The position numbers and the translations under genes were made by a program. The notes under the pieces were generated by a model. The model was not told the DNA's origin, ran no database searches, and saw only the letters and a program-made list of their open reading frames with translations. Shown piece after piece: positions 31,739 through 39,682 of a stretch of DNA of 64,000 nucleotides (position 1 is its first letter; each line of letters starts with the position of its first letter). The DNA comes from Flavobacteriales bacterium (GTDB lineage: Bacteria > Bacteroidota > Bacteroidia > Flavobacteriales_F > PHOS-HE28), in NCBI GenBank assembly GCA_016788205.1, contig JAEUTA010000032.1, positions 16,394-80,393 on the forward strand, read 5' to 3'.

Positions 31739-32194
31739 TTACTTGATCGTGTTCAGGTCGAACTTGCGGGGCTTCTGAGCGTCGTGCTTGTGTGCGGTAC
31801 CTGCCACGACATGCAGGTTATTGAACAGGCGGCGCCCCAAGCGGTTCTTCGGGAGCATACCGCGCACGGCGATCTCCACCATGGCCTCAGGCTTGCGCGC
31901 CATCAGCTTGCTCGCGATCTCGCGGGTCTGTCCACCAGGGTGGAGGCTGTAGCGCTGGTACTCCTTCTCGTCCATCTTCTTGCCGGTGAGGCGTACCTTG
32001 TCGGCATTGATCACCACCACGTGATCACCGCAGTTCACGTGCGGGGTGAAGGTGGTCTTGTGTTTGCCGCGAACGAGCATCGCCACTTTGCTAGCAAGGC
32101 GGCCAAGTACTTCGTTCTCAGCATCTACCAGCAGCCATTCTTGCTGCACGGTGGCCGCGTTGGCCATGCTGGTGGTGTGTGTCGTCGATGCCAC
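31739..32194 (-). CDS. rplM: 50S ribosomal protein L13
   Basis: WLLVDA..LGRLAS, GKHK..FTPHV.CGD.VVVINA, GMLPKN.LGR. Confidence 0.98.
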   Translation of the reverse strand: MASTTHTTSMANAATVQQEWLLVDAENEVLGRLASKVAMLVRGKHKTTFTPHVNCGDHVVVINADKVRLTGKKMDEKEYQRYSLHPGGQTREIASKLMARKPEAMVEIAVRGMLPKNRLGRRLFNNLHVVAGTAHKHDAQKPRKFDLNTIK

Positions 32195-32234
32195 GGGTCG
32201 TGGGTTTAAAGGCTATTTTCCCGGAAACGGGGTG

Positions 32235-32242
32235 CGAAGATA
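32235..32242 (-). promoter_or_regulatory. Bacteroidota sigma70 -7 element of rplM operon
   Basis: TATCTTCG on the minus strand, 40 bp upstream of rplM; matches TAnnTTTG with T->C. Confidence 0.6.
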
Positions 32243-32296
32243 GATCCTTCTTCCGGAAAACCAACAAGAGCCTGTTCACGAAAGGGATCCGGAAAC

Positions 32297-33490
32297 CTAC
32301 CCGATCACCCCCAGCTCTTCACCCACCTTGCCGAAAGCCGCCAGAGCACGGTCTATATGCGCCTCGGAATGAGCTGCGCTGAGCTGCACCCGGATACGCG
32401 CGGTATCCTTCGGTACCACCGGATAGAAGAAGCCGATCACATAGATCCCTTCTTCAAGCAACTTGTCGGCCATCACCTGGCTCAGGCGGGCATCGCCGAG
32501 CATCACTGGAACGATGGCCGCACCGGCACCGCGTGTCTTGAAACCCAGCTTCTCGATCCCCGTGCGGAAACGATGGACGTTCGCTTCGAGCTTGTCCCGT
32601 AGCGCGGTACTGGTGCTGAGCAGATCGATCACCTTGATGGACGCACCCACGATGGACGGTGCAAGTGAATTGCTGAAGAGATAGGGTCGACTGCGCTGAC
32701 GCAGCAGCTCAACGATCTCTTTGCGCGCACTGGTGTATCCGCCCATGGCTCCGCCCATGGCTTTGCCCAGCGTACCTGTGATGATGTCCACACGACCGGT
32801 GACACCGCAATGCTCCACACTGCCGCGACCGGTCTTGCCGATGAAACCCGCAGCGTGGCATTCGTCCACCATCACCATGGCTTCGTACTTGTCGGCCAGG
32901 TCGCACACGCCTTTCAGGTCAGCGATGATACCGTCCATGCTGAAGACACCGTCGGTAACGATGAGAATGTGGCGGGCACCGTCTTTTCGAGCGGTCTTCA
33001 ACTGTTGCTCCAGATCGGCCATGTCGTTGTTGGCGTACCGGTAGCGCATCGCCTTGCACAGGCGCACGCCATCGATGATGCTGGCGTGGTTCAACGAATC
33101 GCTGATGATGGCGTCCAGTTCGGAGAGCAGTGGTTCGAAGACACCGCCGTTGGCATCGAAGCAGGCGGCATAGAGGATCGTATCATCCAGCGAGTGGAAC
33201 GCAGAGAGCTTCGCTTCGAGTTCCTTGTGGATATCCTGTGTACCGCAGATGAAACGCACGCTGCTCATGCCGTAGCCGTGCGAATCCAGCGCATCGTGCG
33301 CGGCCTTGGTCACTTCGGGATGTGACGAAAGGCCCAAGTAATTGTTCGCACAGAAGTTCAAGACCTGTTCGCCGTTCACGGTGATCTCCGCGCTTTGCTC
33401 ACTGGAAATGATGCGTTCGCGCTTGAAGAGACCGGCCTCCTCGATGCCGTTCAACTCGTTCCTCAGGTGGTCCTTGATGCTTCCGTACAT
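32297..33490 (-). CDS. kbl: Glycine C-acetyltransferase (2-amino-3-ketobutyrate CoA ligase)
   Basis: [52 protein letters not shown]; TACCTTCG box at 33511-33518 supports the start. Confidence 0.96.
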   Translation of the reverse strand: MYGSIKDHLRNELNGIEEAGLFKRERIISSEQSAEITVNGEQVLNFCANNYLGLSSHPEVTKAAHDALDSHGYGMSSVRFICGTQDIHKELEAKLSAFHSLDDTILYAACFDANGGVFEPLLSELDAIISDSLNHASIIDGVRLCKAMRYRYANNDMADLEQQLKTARKDGARHILIVTDGVFSMDGIIADLKGVCDLADKYEAMVMVDECHAAGFIGKTGRGSVEHCGVTGRVDIITGTLGKAMGGAMGGYTSARKEIVELLRQRSRPYLFSNSLAPSIVGASIKVIDLLSTSTALRDKLEANVHRFRTGIEKLGFKTRGAGAAIVPVMLGDARLSQVMADKLLEEGIYVIGFFYPVVPKDTARIRVQLSAAHSEAHIDRALAAFGKVGEELGVIG

Positions 33491-33550
33491 GGGGTTCGCT
33501 TTCCTGGCCGCGAAGGTAGGCGGCAGGCTGACGCACCGTTCCACCCTCCA

Positions 33551-34279
33551 CTACTGCTTGCGCATGAAGCCGTGCGAGCAGGGACCTCCGTAGAGTGCCT
33601 CGAAGTGCTCGGGCTTATCCGCCAGGAAGGCATCACCGCCCATGCGAGCGCCGGGATTCAAGTCCTTGCCAAGACGCGTAACACCGGGTTTGTGGTAATC
33701 CATCAGCACGATGATACCGCCCTTGGGCATGCGCGGGTAGATACCGGCAAGACAGTGCTGCACCACGGCCGCGTGGTCTTTCGGATCACCTCCGAAACCG
33801 CAATCGATATGAGCGAATGCGATGGTGGCAGGCAGGTCGCGCGGCACCATGTCCAGCAGATCGCCCTTGTGCATGACCGGAAGTGGAACACCACAGGCCT
33901 TCATGTTGGCGATGAACGTCTTCTCCACATCCACGGCCTTGCCGAACTGGATGTCGAACCGGTCGTACACGTGGAAGACTTTGTTGCCCCCGTGCCGTAA
34001 GGCAGAGGAACCGATCACAGCCGCCGTACCTCCGGTGAACGTGCCCAGCTCCACCAGATCGCCCGGGACCCCATGACCGAAGACATCGGAGATGAGCAAC
34101 TCGAAGTTGGCCACCATCTCGTAGGTGAGCATGTCCAACTCGGGGCGGAAGCGCGGCTTGACATCGAACGAGGTATGCAGCTTGGCCAGCACCTTGTTCA
34201 CGGTGCGCATCCACGGTCTTGGGATGAAGTGCTCCTGTCCCGGCCAGCGGGTGGCGCGTTCGTTCGTAGGGTTCGGCAT
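33551..34279 (-). CDS. TylF/MycF/NovP-related O-methyltransferase
   Basis: GVPGDLVELGTFTGG, VYDRF, HKGD, IAFAHIDC, GGIIVLMDY. Confidence 0.85.
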   Translation of the reverse strand: MPNPTNERATRWPGQEHFIPRPWMRTVNKVLAKLHTSFDVKPRFRPELDMLTYEMVANFELLISDVFGHGVPGDLVELGTFTGGTAAVIGSSALRHGGNKVFHVYDRFDIQFGKAVDVEKTFIANMKACGVPLPVMHKGDLLDMVPRDLPATIAFAHIDCGFGGDPKDHAAVVQHCLAGIYPRMPKGGIIVLMDYHKPGVTRLGKDLNPGARMGGDAFLADKPEHFEALYGGPCSHGFMRKQ

Positions 34280-34412
34280 GACCGGGAGAGGCTTGGCGCC
34301 TTGTGAGGCATTCCAAGAGCCGCGAAACTACCCCAGCAGCATCGCTACCCGGCCGCTCGTAGCCTTCCAAACAATGAACAAACTGACGTTCGTCAGCTTT
34401 CGTGGAACCCAA

Positions 34413-34443
34413 CCGTTGAATTAACGTTCAACGGCTACATTCG
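34413..34443 (+). promoter_or_regulatory. Palindromic operator next to the -7 promoter box of the CPBP gene
   Basis: CCGTTGAA-TTAACG-TTCAACGG (34413-34434), then TACATTCG (34436-34443). Confidence 0.6.
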
Positions 34444-34459
34444 GCCATTCATAGACACC

Positions 34460-35401
34460 ATGCGCGCATTCGTCACCAAAAATCCAGTGCTGAGTTTCGT
34501 GTTACTGACCCTGGGATACCAGTGGCTGGTAATAGGTATCGTCGACTGGCACTTGAAAAAGGCCGGCCTCAGCTTGGAGCAGGATGAAACGGCTCACATG
34601 ATCTTCAGGATGAGGGTATTCGGTCCGTTGGTGTTCTGCGTATTCCTCACGTGGTATATCGAAGGCACGGCCGGGCTGAAGACCCTGTTCGGCTCCTTCT
34701 TCAACTGGCGCGTACCGGGCAAATGGTACTTGTTCGGGGCTACTTGGAAATTCCTGTTCTCCTGGATCGGCGTTGGCTTCCTGGTTCTTTTCGGAATGCG
34801 CGACTGGCCCGGTTTCTTCAACCCACAGATCTTCAACAACAGCGAGCTGGCCATGGGCCTGCTGAAGACCATGCCGTTCCTCGTGGGCATCGCCATCGTG
34901 GAAGAGACGGCCTGGATGAAGTACTGCGTCACGCGGATGCAGGACCGTTACAGCGCGCTCACCTCGTGCCTGATCATCGGGGTGGCTTGGGGGTGCTGGT
35001 ACCTGCCCATGATCATCACCGGTGAAGGAGTGCCCGATGGCTATCCGCCGCCCATTTTCATGCTGAGCATGCTGTGCCTCACCATCCTGTTGGGCTGGGC
35101 GTATAACATGACGCATAGTGGCACCATCCTGCTGCTGATGCAGGTGGTCAGTAATGGTGCATTCTTCCTACTTCCGGTGCTTCCGGGATGGCACGTTCTC
35201 CCTTCCGGCGAACTGGACACGGCTTATGTGAACGCCTTCGTGGCGATCAACAGCCTCAGCGCCATCCTCATCGTGGTCATCTTCGGCTGGCGCGAAATGG
35301 GCACCCGCAAGCGCGCCACCTGGAGCGAGGCCCATGCGGCTACACTGGCCAAGGAGAAGAACGAGGAAAGCGGTTCCGCGCAGCAGCGCGCCGTAGCCTA
35401 G
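34460..35401 (+). CDS. CPBP (CAAX protease/Abi) family membrane protein with degenerate active site
   Basis: Multi-TM protein with IVEETAW..Y, WGCWYLP and LMQVVSN in the positions of EExxxR, WxxxH and HxxxN. Confidence 0.8.
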   Translation: MRAFVTKNPVLSFVLLTLGYQWLVIGIVDWHLKKAGLSLEQDETAHMIFRMRVFGPLVFCVFLTWYIEGTAGLKTLFGSFFNWRVPGKWYLFGATWKFLFSWIGVGFLVLFGMRDWPGFFNPQIFNNSELAMGLLKTMPFLVGIAIVEETAWMKYCVTRMQDRYSALTSCLIIGVAWGCWYLPMIITGEGVPDGYPPPIFMLSMLCLTILLGWAYNMTHSGTILLLMQVVSNGAFFLLPVLPGWHVLPSGELDTAYVNAFVAINSLSAILIVVIFGWREMGTRKRATWSEAHAATLAKEKNEESGSAQQRAVA

Positions 35402-35411
35402 TTGAACGAGG

Positions 35412-35708
35412 CTAACCCTTGTCCACCACGCGTGGCACCTTGAAGTAGTCGCTGTCCTTCACCGGAGCGTTCATCAAGGCTTGTTGCTTGGTGATCTCAA
35501 TGGAAGGCACATCGTCACGGAGCACATCCATTTCGTCCGTCATGAAGATCAAGGGCTCCACGCCGGTGGTGTCCACCTCGTTCAGTTTCTCCACGAAATC
35601 GAACACGCGCTGCATATCGGCCAACAAGGCCGTGCGCGTCGTGGGATCGCTCACATCCAACCGCGCCAGTTCAGCGATACGATCAAGGGTCTGTTCGGTG
35701 ATCTTCAT
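35412..35708 (-). CDS. gatC: Asp-tRNA(Asn)/Glu-tRNA(Gln) amidotransferase subunit C
   Basis: MKITEQTLDRIAELARL..LNEVDTTGVEPL..LRDD..ALMNAP..YFKVPRV; ATGA overlap with the upstream gene. Confidence 0.93.
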   Translation of the reverse strand: MKITEQTLDRIAELARLDVSDPTTRTALLADMQRVFDFVEKLNEVDTTGVEPLIFMTDEMDVLRDDVPSIEITKQQALMNAPVKDSDYFKVPRVVDKG

Positions 35709-36508
35709 GCCGTAAGCAGCGGTTCTTCGATGGTGCGGTAGACGCGGATGCGCAAATCTACCAGATCGTCCATGGTGAGCCCTTCTGTAGGAATAGGTGG
35801 GTGCACCACGGCGCGTGCGCTCCCCGGTCTGGCCCGGCCCAGCAACTCCGGCGGTTCGCCGAACAAGCGCCAATGATCCAGGAAAGTGACGGGCACGATG
35901 GGTACCTGCTTCTCAATGGCCAGGCGGAAGGCCCCGTCCTTGAAGGGTTTCATACGCGGGGTAAAGGCCGGGATCGTTCCTTCCGGGAACAAGGCAAGGC
36001 TCGTTCCCCGGTCCAGCGCTTTCGCTGCCTTGCGGAAGGCTTTGGCCGCTTCCACCCTGCTGCCGCGGTTCACGGCGATGTTCATGCCCTTGAAGAAGAT
36101 GTTGAAGAGCGGCCAACGCAGCAGTTCGTACTTGCCCATGAAGAGGAAGTACTGCGGGATCACGTTGTACATCTGAATGATGTCCAAGTAGCTGCTGTGA
36201 TTGCAGCAGATGATGTACGGTGCTTTCGGAAGCGCGGCCCTTCGTTCGATGCGGAGCGGAATGCCCAGCACACATTGCAGGAAGAAGGCCCACGCCCGTT
36301 TCAGTTTGAAGGCGCGTTGATAACGGCGCGGGCGGAACAGCAGGATGCGGAACGGGATGTAGAGAACCACCAACGATCCGAAGAACACCAGCGCGAAGTA
36401 GAACTTGTACACCCAGCGCAACGGCAGGAAGAGCCACTTGAGCACAGGCGAGCGGCGCTCCTCCCCGGGCACCACCTTGGATCGTTCGCTTGCGTTCGTG
36501 TCCGTCAC
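35705..36508 (-). CDS. 1-acyl-sn-glycerol-3-phosphate acyltransferase (PlsC-like)
   Basis: CNHSSYLDI, FMGKYEL, LFPEGT, FKDGAF..A..PIVP. Start is uncertain (GTG 36511/36508/36445); TACTTTCG box at 36527-36534. Confidence 0.9.
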   Translation of the reverse strand: MTDTNASERSKVVPGEERRSPVLKWLFLPLRWVYKFYFALVFFGSLVVLYIPFRILLFRPRRYQRAFKLKRAWAFFLQCVLGIPLRIERRAALPKAPYIICCNHSSYLDIIQMYNVIPQYFLFMGKYELLRWPLFNIFFKGMNIAVNRGSRVEAAKAFRKAAKALDRGTSLALFPEGTIPAFTPRMKPFKDGAFRLAIEKQVPIVPVTFLDHWRLFGEPPELLGRARPGSARAVVHPPIPTEGLTMDDLVDLRIRVYRTIEEPLLTA

Positions 36509-36592
36509 CACCGGAAAAATGGAGGGCGAAAGTACTCCGCACCTTCGGCGCGGCGGACCGTTGAAGCATGCCCGGCTAACTTCGCCGCCCAT

Positions 36593-37570
36593 ATGCCACG
36601 CATTCTCACCGGTATCCAAAGCACGGGCATCCCCCACATGGGCAATGTCCTGGGCGCCATACGCCCGGCCATCGACCTCAGCAAAGACCCGAAGAACGAA
36701 TCATTCCTTTTCATCGCCGACCTGCACTCCCTCACGCAGATAAAGGATCCAGCGGTGATGCGCGAGAACACCTACGGGGTGGCGGCCACCTGGCTGGCTT
36801 GTGGCTTGGATCCTGAGCGGACGGTATTCTACCGTCAGAGCGATGTACCCATGGTCACTGAGCTTTCCTGGTACCTAAGCTGCTATTTCCCGTACTCGCG
36901 CCTCACGCTCGCGCACAGCTTCAAGGACAAGGCCGATCGGCTGGAAGATGTGAACGGCGGCCTCTTCACCTACCCCATGCTGATGGCTGCGGACATCCTG
37001 CTCTACGATGCGCATTATGTGCCGGTGGGCAAGGATCAGCTGCAGCATCTGGAGATCACCCGCGATGTGGCCGAGCGTTTCAACCACCACATGGGTGAGA
37101 CCTTCGTGGTACCTGCACCGAAGATCGATGAGCAGGTGATGATCGTGCCGGGTACGGATGGTGAAAAGATGAGCAAGAGCCGCGGCAACATCATCAACCT
37201 GTTCGCTCCGGAGAAGGAAGTGAAACAGCAGGTGATGGGCATCGTCACGGATAGCACGCCGCTAGAGTCGCCAAAGGATCCGGACAAGGACAACGTGTAC
37301 GCGCTCTTCAAACTGATCGGTGCGCCCATTGCCGTGCAAACCATGCGCGAGAACTACCAGCGCGGCGGGTACGGGTACGGGCACGCGAAGAAGGAGCTCC
37401 TGGCCGCGATCCTCGATGGCTTCGCCGAGCAACGCCGCATTTTCCAAAGCCTGATGAACGATAAGGCGGAGCTGGATGCCAGACTGCGCATCGGTGCGGA
37501 GAAGGCAACGGCCATTGCCACCGACGTTCTGGACCGCGTACGCTCCAAGGTGGGTTACGGTAGAGCCTGA
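36593..37570 (+). CDS. trpS: Tryptophan--tRNA ligase
   Basis: RILTGIQSTGIPHMGN, YPMLMAADILLY, PVGKDQ.QH.E, KMSKS; TAACTTCG box at 36577. Confidence 0.97.
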   Translation: MPRILTGIQSTGIPHMGNVLGAIRPAIDLSKDPKNESFLFIADLHSLTQIKDPAVMRENTYGVAATWLACGLDPERTVFYRQSDVPMVTELSWYLSCYFPYSRLTLAHSFKDKADRLEDVNGGLFTYPMLMAADILLYDAHYVPVGKDQLQHLEITRDVAERFNHHMGETFVVPAPKIDEQVMIVPGTDGEKMSKSRGNIINLFAPEKEVKQQVMGIVTDSTPLESPKDPDKDNVYALFKLIGAPIAVQTMRENYQRGGYGYGHAKKELLAAILDGFAEQRRIFQSLMNDKAELDARLRIGAEKATAIATDVLDRVRSKVGYGRA

Positions 37571-37624
37571 ATCCGCTGATGTGGGTGGTCTTCTACTTTT
37601 GAGCCTTTCCATCCACCCGCTCCC

Positions 37625-38065
37625 ATGGAGAACCACTTCTTCGTCTTCGTTCATAGCCTGCTCCGATATGGTGTACTGCTTACGGTGACCGCCGCCGGAC
37701 TCTTGCACCTGCGTGGCTGGCTTGCACAGAAAGCTCTCCTGAACGGCGACCGCGCCATTTCTGTTTGGGCGCTGATCCTCTGCCATGTTCAATTGGTGAT
37801 CGGCATCATCCTCTACGCGCTCAACTGGAACAGCTACTACCATATGTCCGGGTCGGTCGGTCGTTTTTGGAGGATCGAGCATCCCGCGGCCATGGTCATA
37901 GCCATAGCGCTGGTCACCTTCGGTCGCGCGAGCTCGAAGCGCGCTAAGGACGAGCGCACCAAACAGAAGCGCATCGCCATCTACTACCTTATCGCCTTGG
38001 TACTGATCTTGTGGGCCATTCCGTGGCCGTTCCGCGAGATCGGTCATGGACGCGGATGGATCTGA
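37625..38065 (+). CDS. Four-TM membrane protein with conserved His residues (often labelled cytochrome B in Bacteroidota)
   Basis: VHSLLRY, CHVQLVIG..LY, IEHP..M..A, AIPWP; own -7 box TACTTTTG at 37594. Confidence 0.8.
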   Translation: MENHFFVFVHSLLRYGVLLTVTAAGLLHLRGWLAQKALLNGDRAISVWALILCHVQLVIGIILYALNWNSYYHMSGSVGRFWRIEHPAAMVIAIALVTFGRASSKRAKDERTKQKRIAIYYLIALVLILWAIPWPFREIGHGRGWI

Positions 38066-38067
38066 AC

Positions 38068-38385
38068 ATGAAACGCATCATTCCCATCGCCATCGGCGTG
38101 TTGGTATTGGCCTGTGGCAGCACCGCGGACGGAGACACCACGACCGCTGAAAAGGCAACGGGGCAGTCCATCTTCAACATGAACTGTTCCCTCTGCCACG
38201 GGCGTGATGGCAAACTGGGCTTGAACGGAGCCAAGGACCTGACCGTTTCCACGCTCACCAAGCCGGAAATGGTCGCCATAGTGCGCAGCGGCAAGGGTGC
38301 GATGATGCCCTATAAGAACGTGCTCACACCGAAAGAGATCGATGCGGTAGTAGACCACGTACGTACACTGGGTAAAGCGAAATGA
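38068..38385 (+). CDS. Mono-heme cytochrome c lipoprotein
   Basis: Lipobox VLAC, CSLCH heme motif and distal GKGAMMPY Met ligand. Confidence 0.9.
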   Translation: MKRIIPIAIGVLVLACGSTADGDTTTAEKATGQSIFNMNCSLCHGRDGKLGLNGAKDLTVSTLTKPEMVAIVRSGKGAMMPYKNVLTPKEIDAVVDHVRTLGKAK

Positions 38386-39608
38386 TCGACCCTTCCGAGC
38401 TGAAGAACAAGGCCGAGAGCGCTGTGCTCATCGGCTTGATAACCGACCACCAGGATGCGGCCCAAGTGACCGAATACCTGGACGAGTTGGAGTTCCTTGC
38501 GACCACTGCGGACATAACTACGCTGAAACGCTTCACCCAGAAGTTGCACAAGCCGGACGGCCGCACCTACGTGGGGAGTGGTAAGCTGGCCGAAGTGAAA
38601 TCTTGGATGAAGGAGAACGGCGCGGACTCGGTGATCTTCGATGATGAGCTGACGCCGGCGCAACAACGCAACCTCGAAAAGGAACTCGGCACACCCGTGC
38701 TCGACCGGCCGCGGTTGATCCTGGACATCTTCGCACGCCGCGCACGCACGGCACACGCGAAAACACAGGTAGAACTAGCGCAATACGAGTACATGCTGCC
38801 ACGCCTAACCAAGCTCTGGACACACTTGGAACGGCAGCGTGGTGGTACGGGAACGCGCGGCGGTGCAGGTGAAAAAGAGATCGAGACCGACCGTCGGTTG
38901 ATCCGCGATCGCATTTCCCTGCTGAAAGGTCAGTTGAAACAGATCGACAGGCAGATGGCCACCCAACGCGGCAACCGGGGCAAGTTGGTGCGCGTGGCCG
39001 TTGTGGGCTATACCAACGTGGGGAAGAGCACCTTGATGACGTTGATGAGCAAGACCGAGGTCTTCGCCGAGAACAAGCTCTTCGCCACGCTGGATACCAC
39101 GGTGCGCAAGATCGTCCTGGGGAATCTTCCGTTCCTGATGAGCGACACCGTAGGGTTCATCCGCAAGTTGCCCACCCAGTTGATCGAGAGCTTCAAAAGC
39201 ACCTTGGATGAAACGCGAGAGGCCGATCTCTTGCTGCATGTGGTTGACATAAGCCACCACAACTTCGAGGAACAATACGAAACGGTGCGCCAGACCTTGA
39301 ACGAGATCGGTGCCGGTGACAAACCGGTGATCGTGGTGTTCAACAAGATCGACGCTTACAGGCCTGCACAGTTCGACCCTGATGACCTTGCCCCTAAACG
39401 CGTGGATCAATATTCCCTGGAGGAGTTGAAGGAAACATGGATGGCCCGCATGAACGGTGAAGAGTGCATATTCATCAGTGCCGCACAGCGCCTGAACATC
39501 GACGGGTTACGCAAGCTGCTGTACGAACGTGTGAAAGCCATTCATACGGCTCGATATCCCTACGAAAGCGACCTTCTCTTCAAGGATAGCTACGAGGAAG
39601 AGGTTTGA
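38382..39608 (+). CDS. hflX: GTPase HflX
   Basis: QVELAQ.EY.LPRL, ETDRR, VGYTNVGKST, LFATLDTT, DTVGFIRKLP, NKID. Confidence 0.97.
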   Translation: MIDPSELKNKAESAVLIGLITDHQDAAQVTEYLDELEFLATTADITTLKRFTQKLHKPDGRTYVGSGKLAEVKSWMKENGADSVIFDDELTPAQQRNLEKELGTPVLDRPRLILDIFARRARTAHAKTQVELAQYEYMLPRLTKLWTHLERQRGGTGTRGGAGEKEIETDRRLIRDRISLLKGQLKQIDRQMATQRGNRGKLVRVAVVGYTNVGKSTLMTLMSKTEVFAENKLFATLDTTVRKIVLGNLPFLMSDTVGFIRKLPTQLIESFKSTLDETREADLLLHVVDISHHNFEEQYETVRQTLNEIGAGDKPVIVVFNKIDAYRPAQFDPDDLAPKRVDQYSLEELKETWMARMNGEECIFISAAQRLNIDGLRKLLYERVKAIHTARYPYESDLLFKDSYEEEV

Positions 39609-39682
39609 GCGCCATGCACTTCCACGACATGCCCTACCTCCGCTTTTGACGAAAACACACAACTCCGGCCAGTTGCATTGAC

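Noticed and set aside
35801-36592. 264-aa N-terminal extension of trpS in the track (similar extensions on rbfA, dusB, the ABC transporter, DUF5686, frr and gatC)
   Set aside because: The extensions overlap opposite-strand genes. Family motifs and -7 boxes place the true starts downstream.
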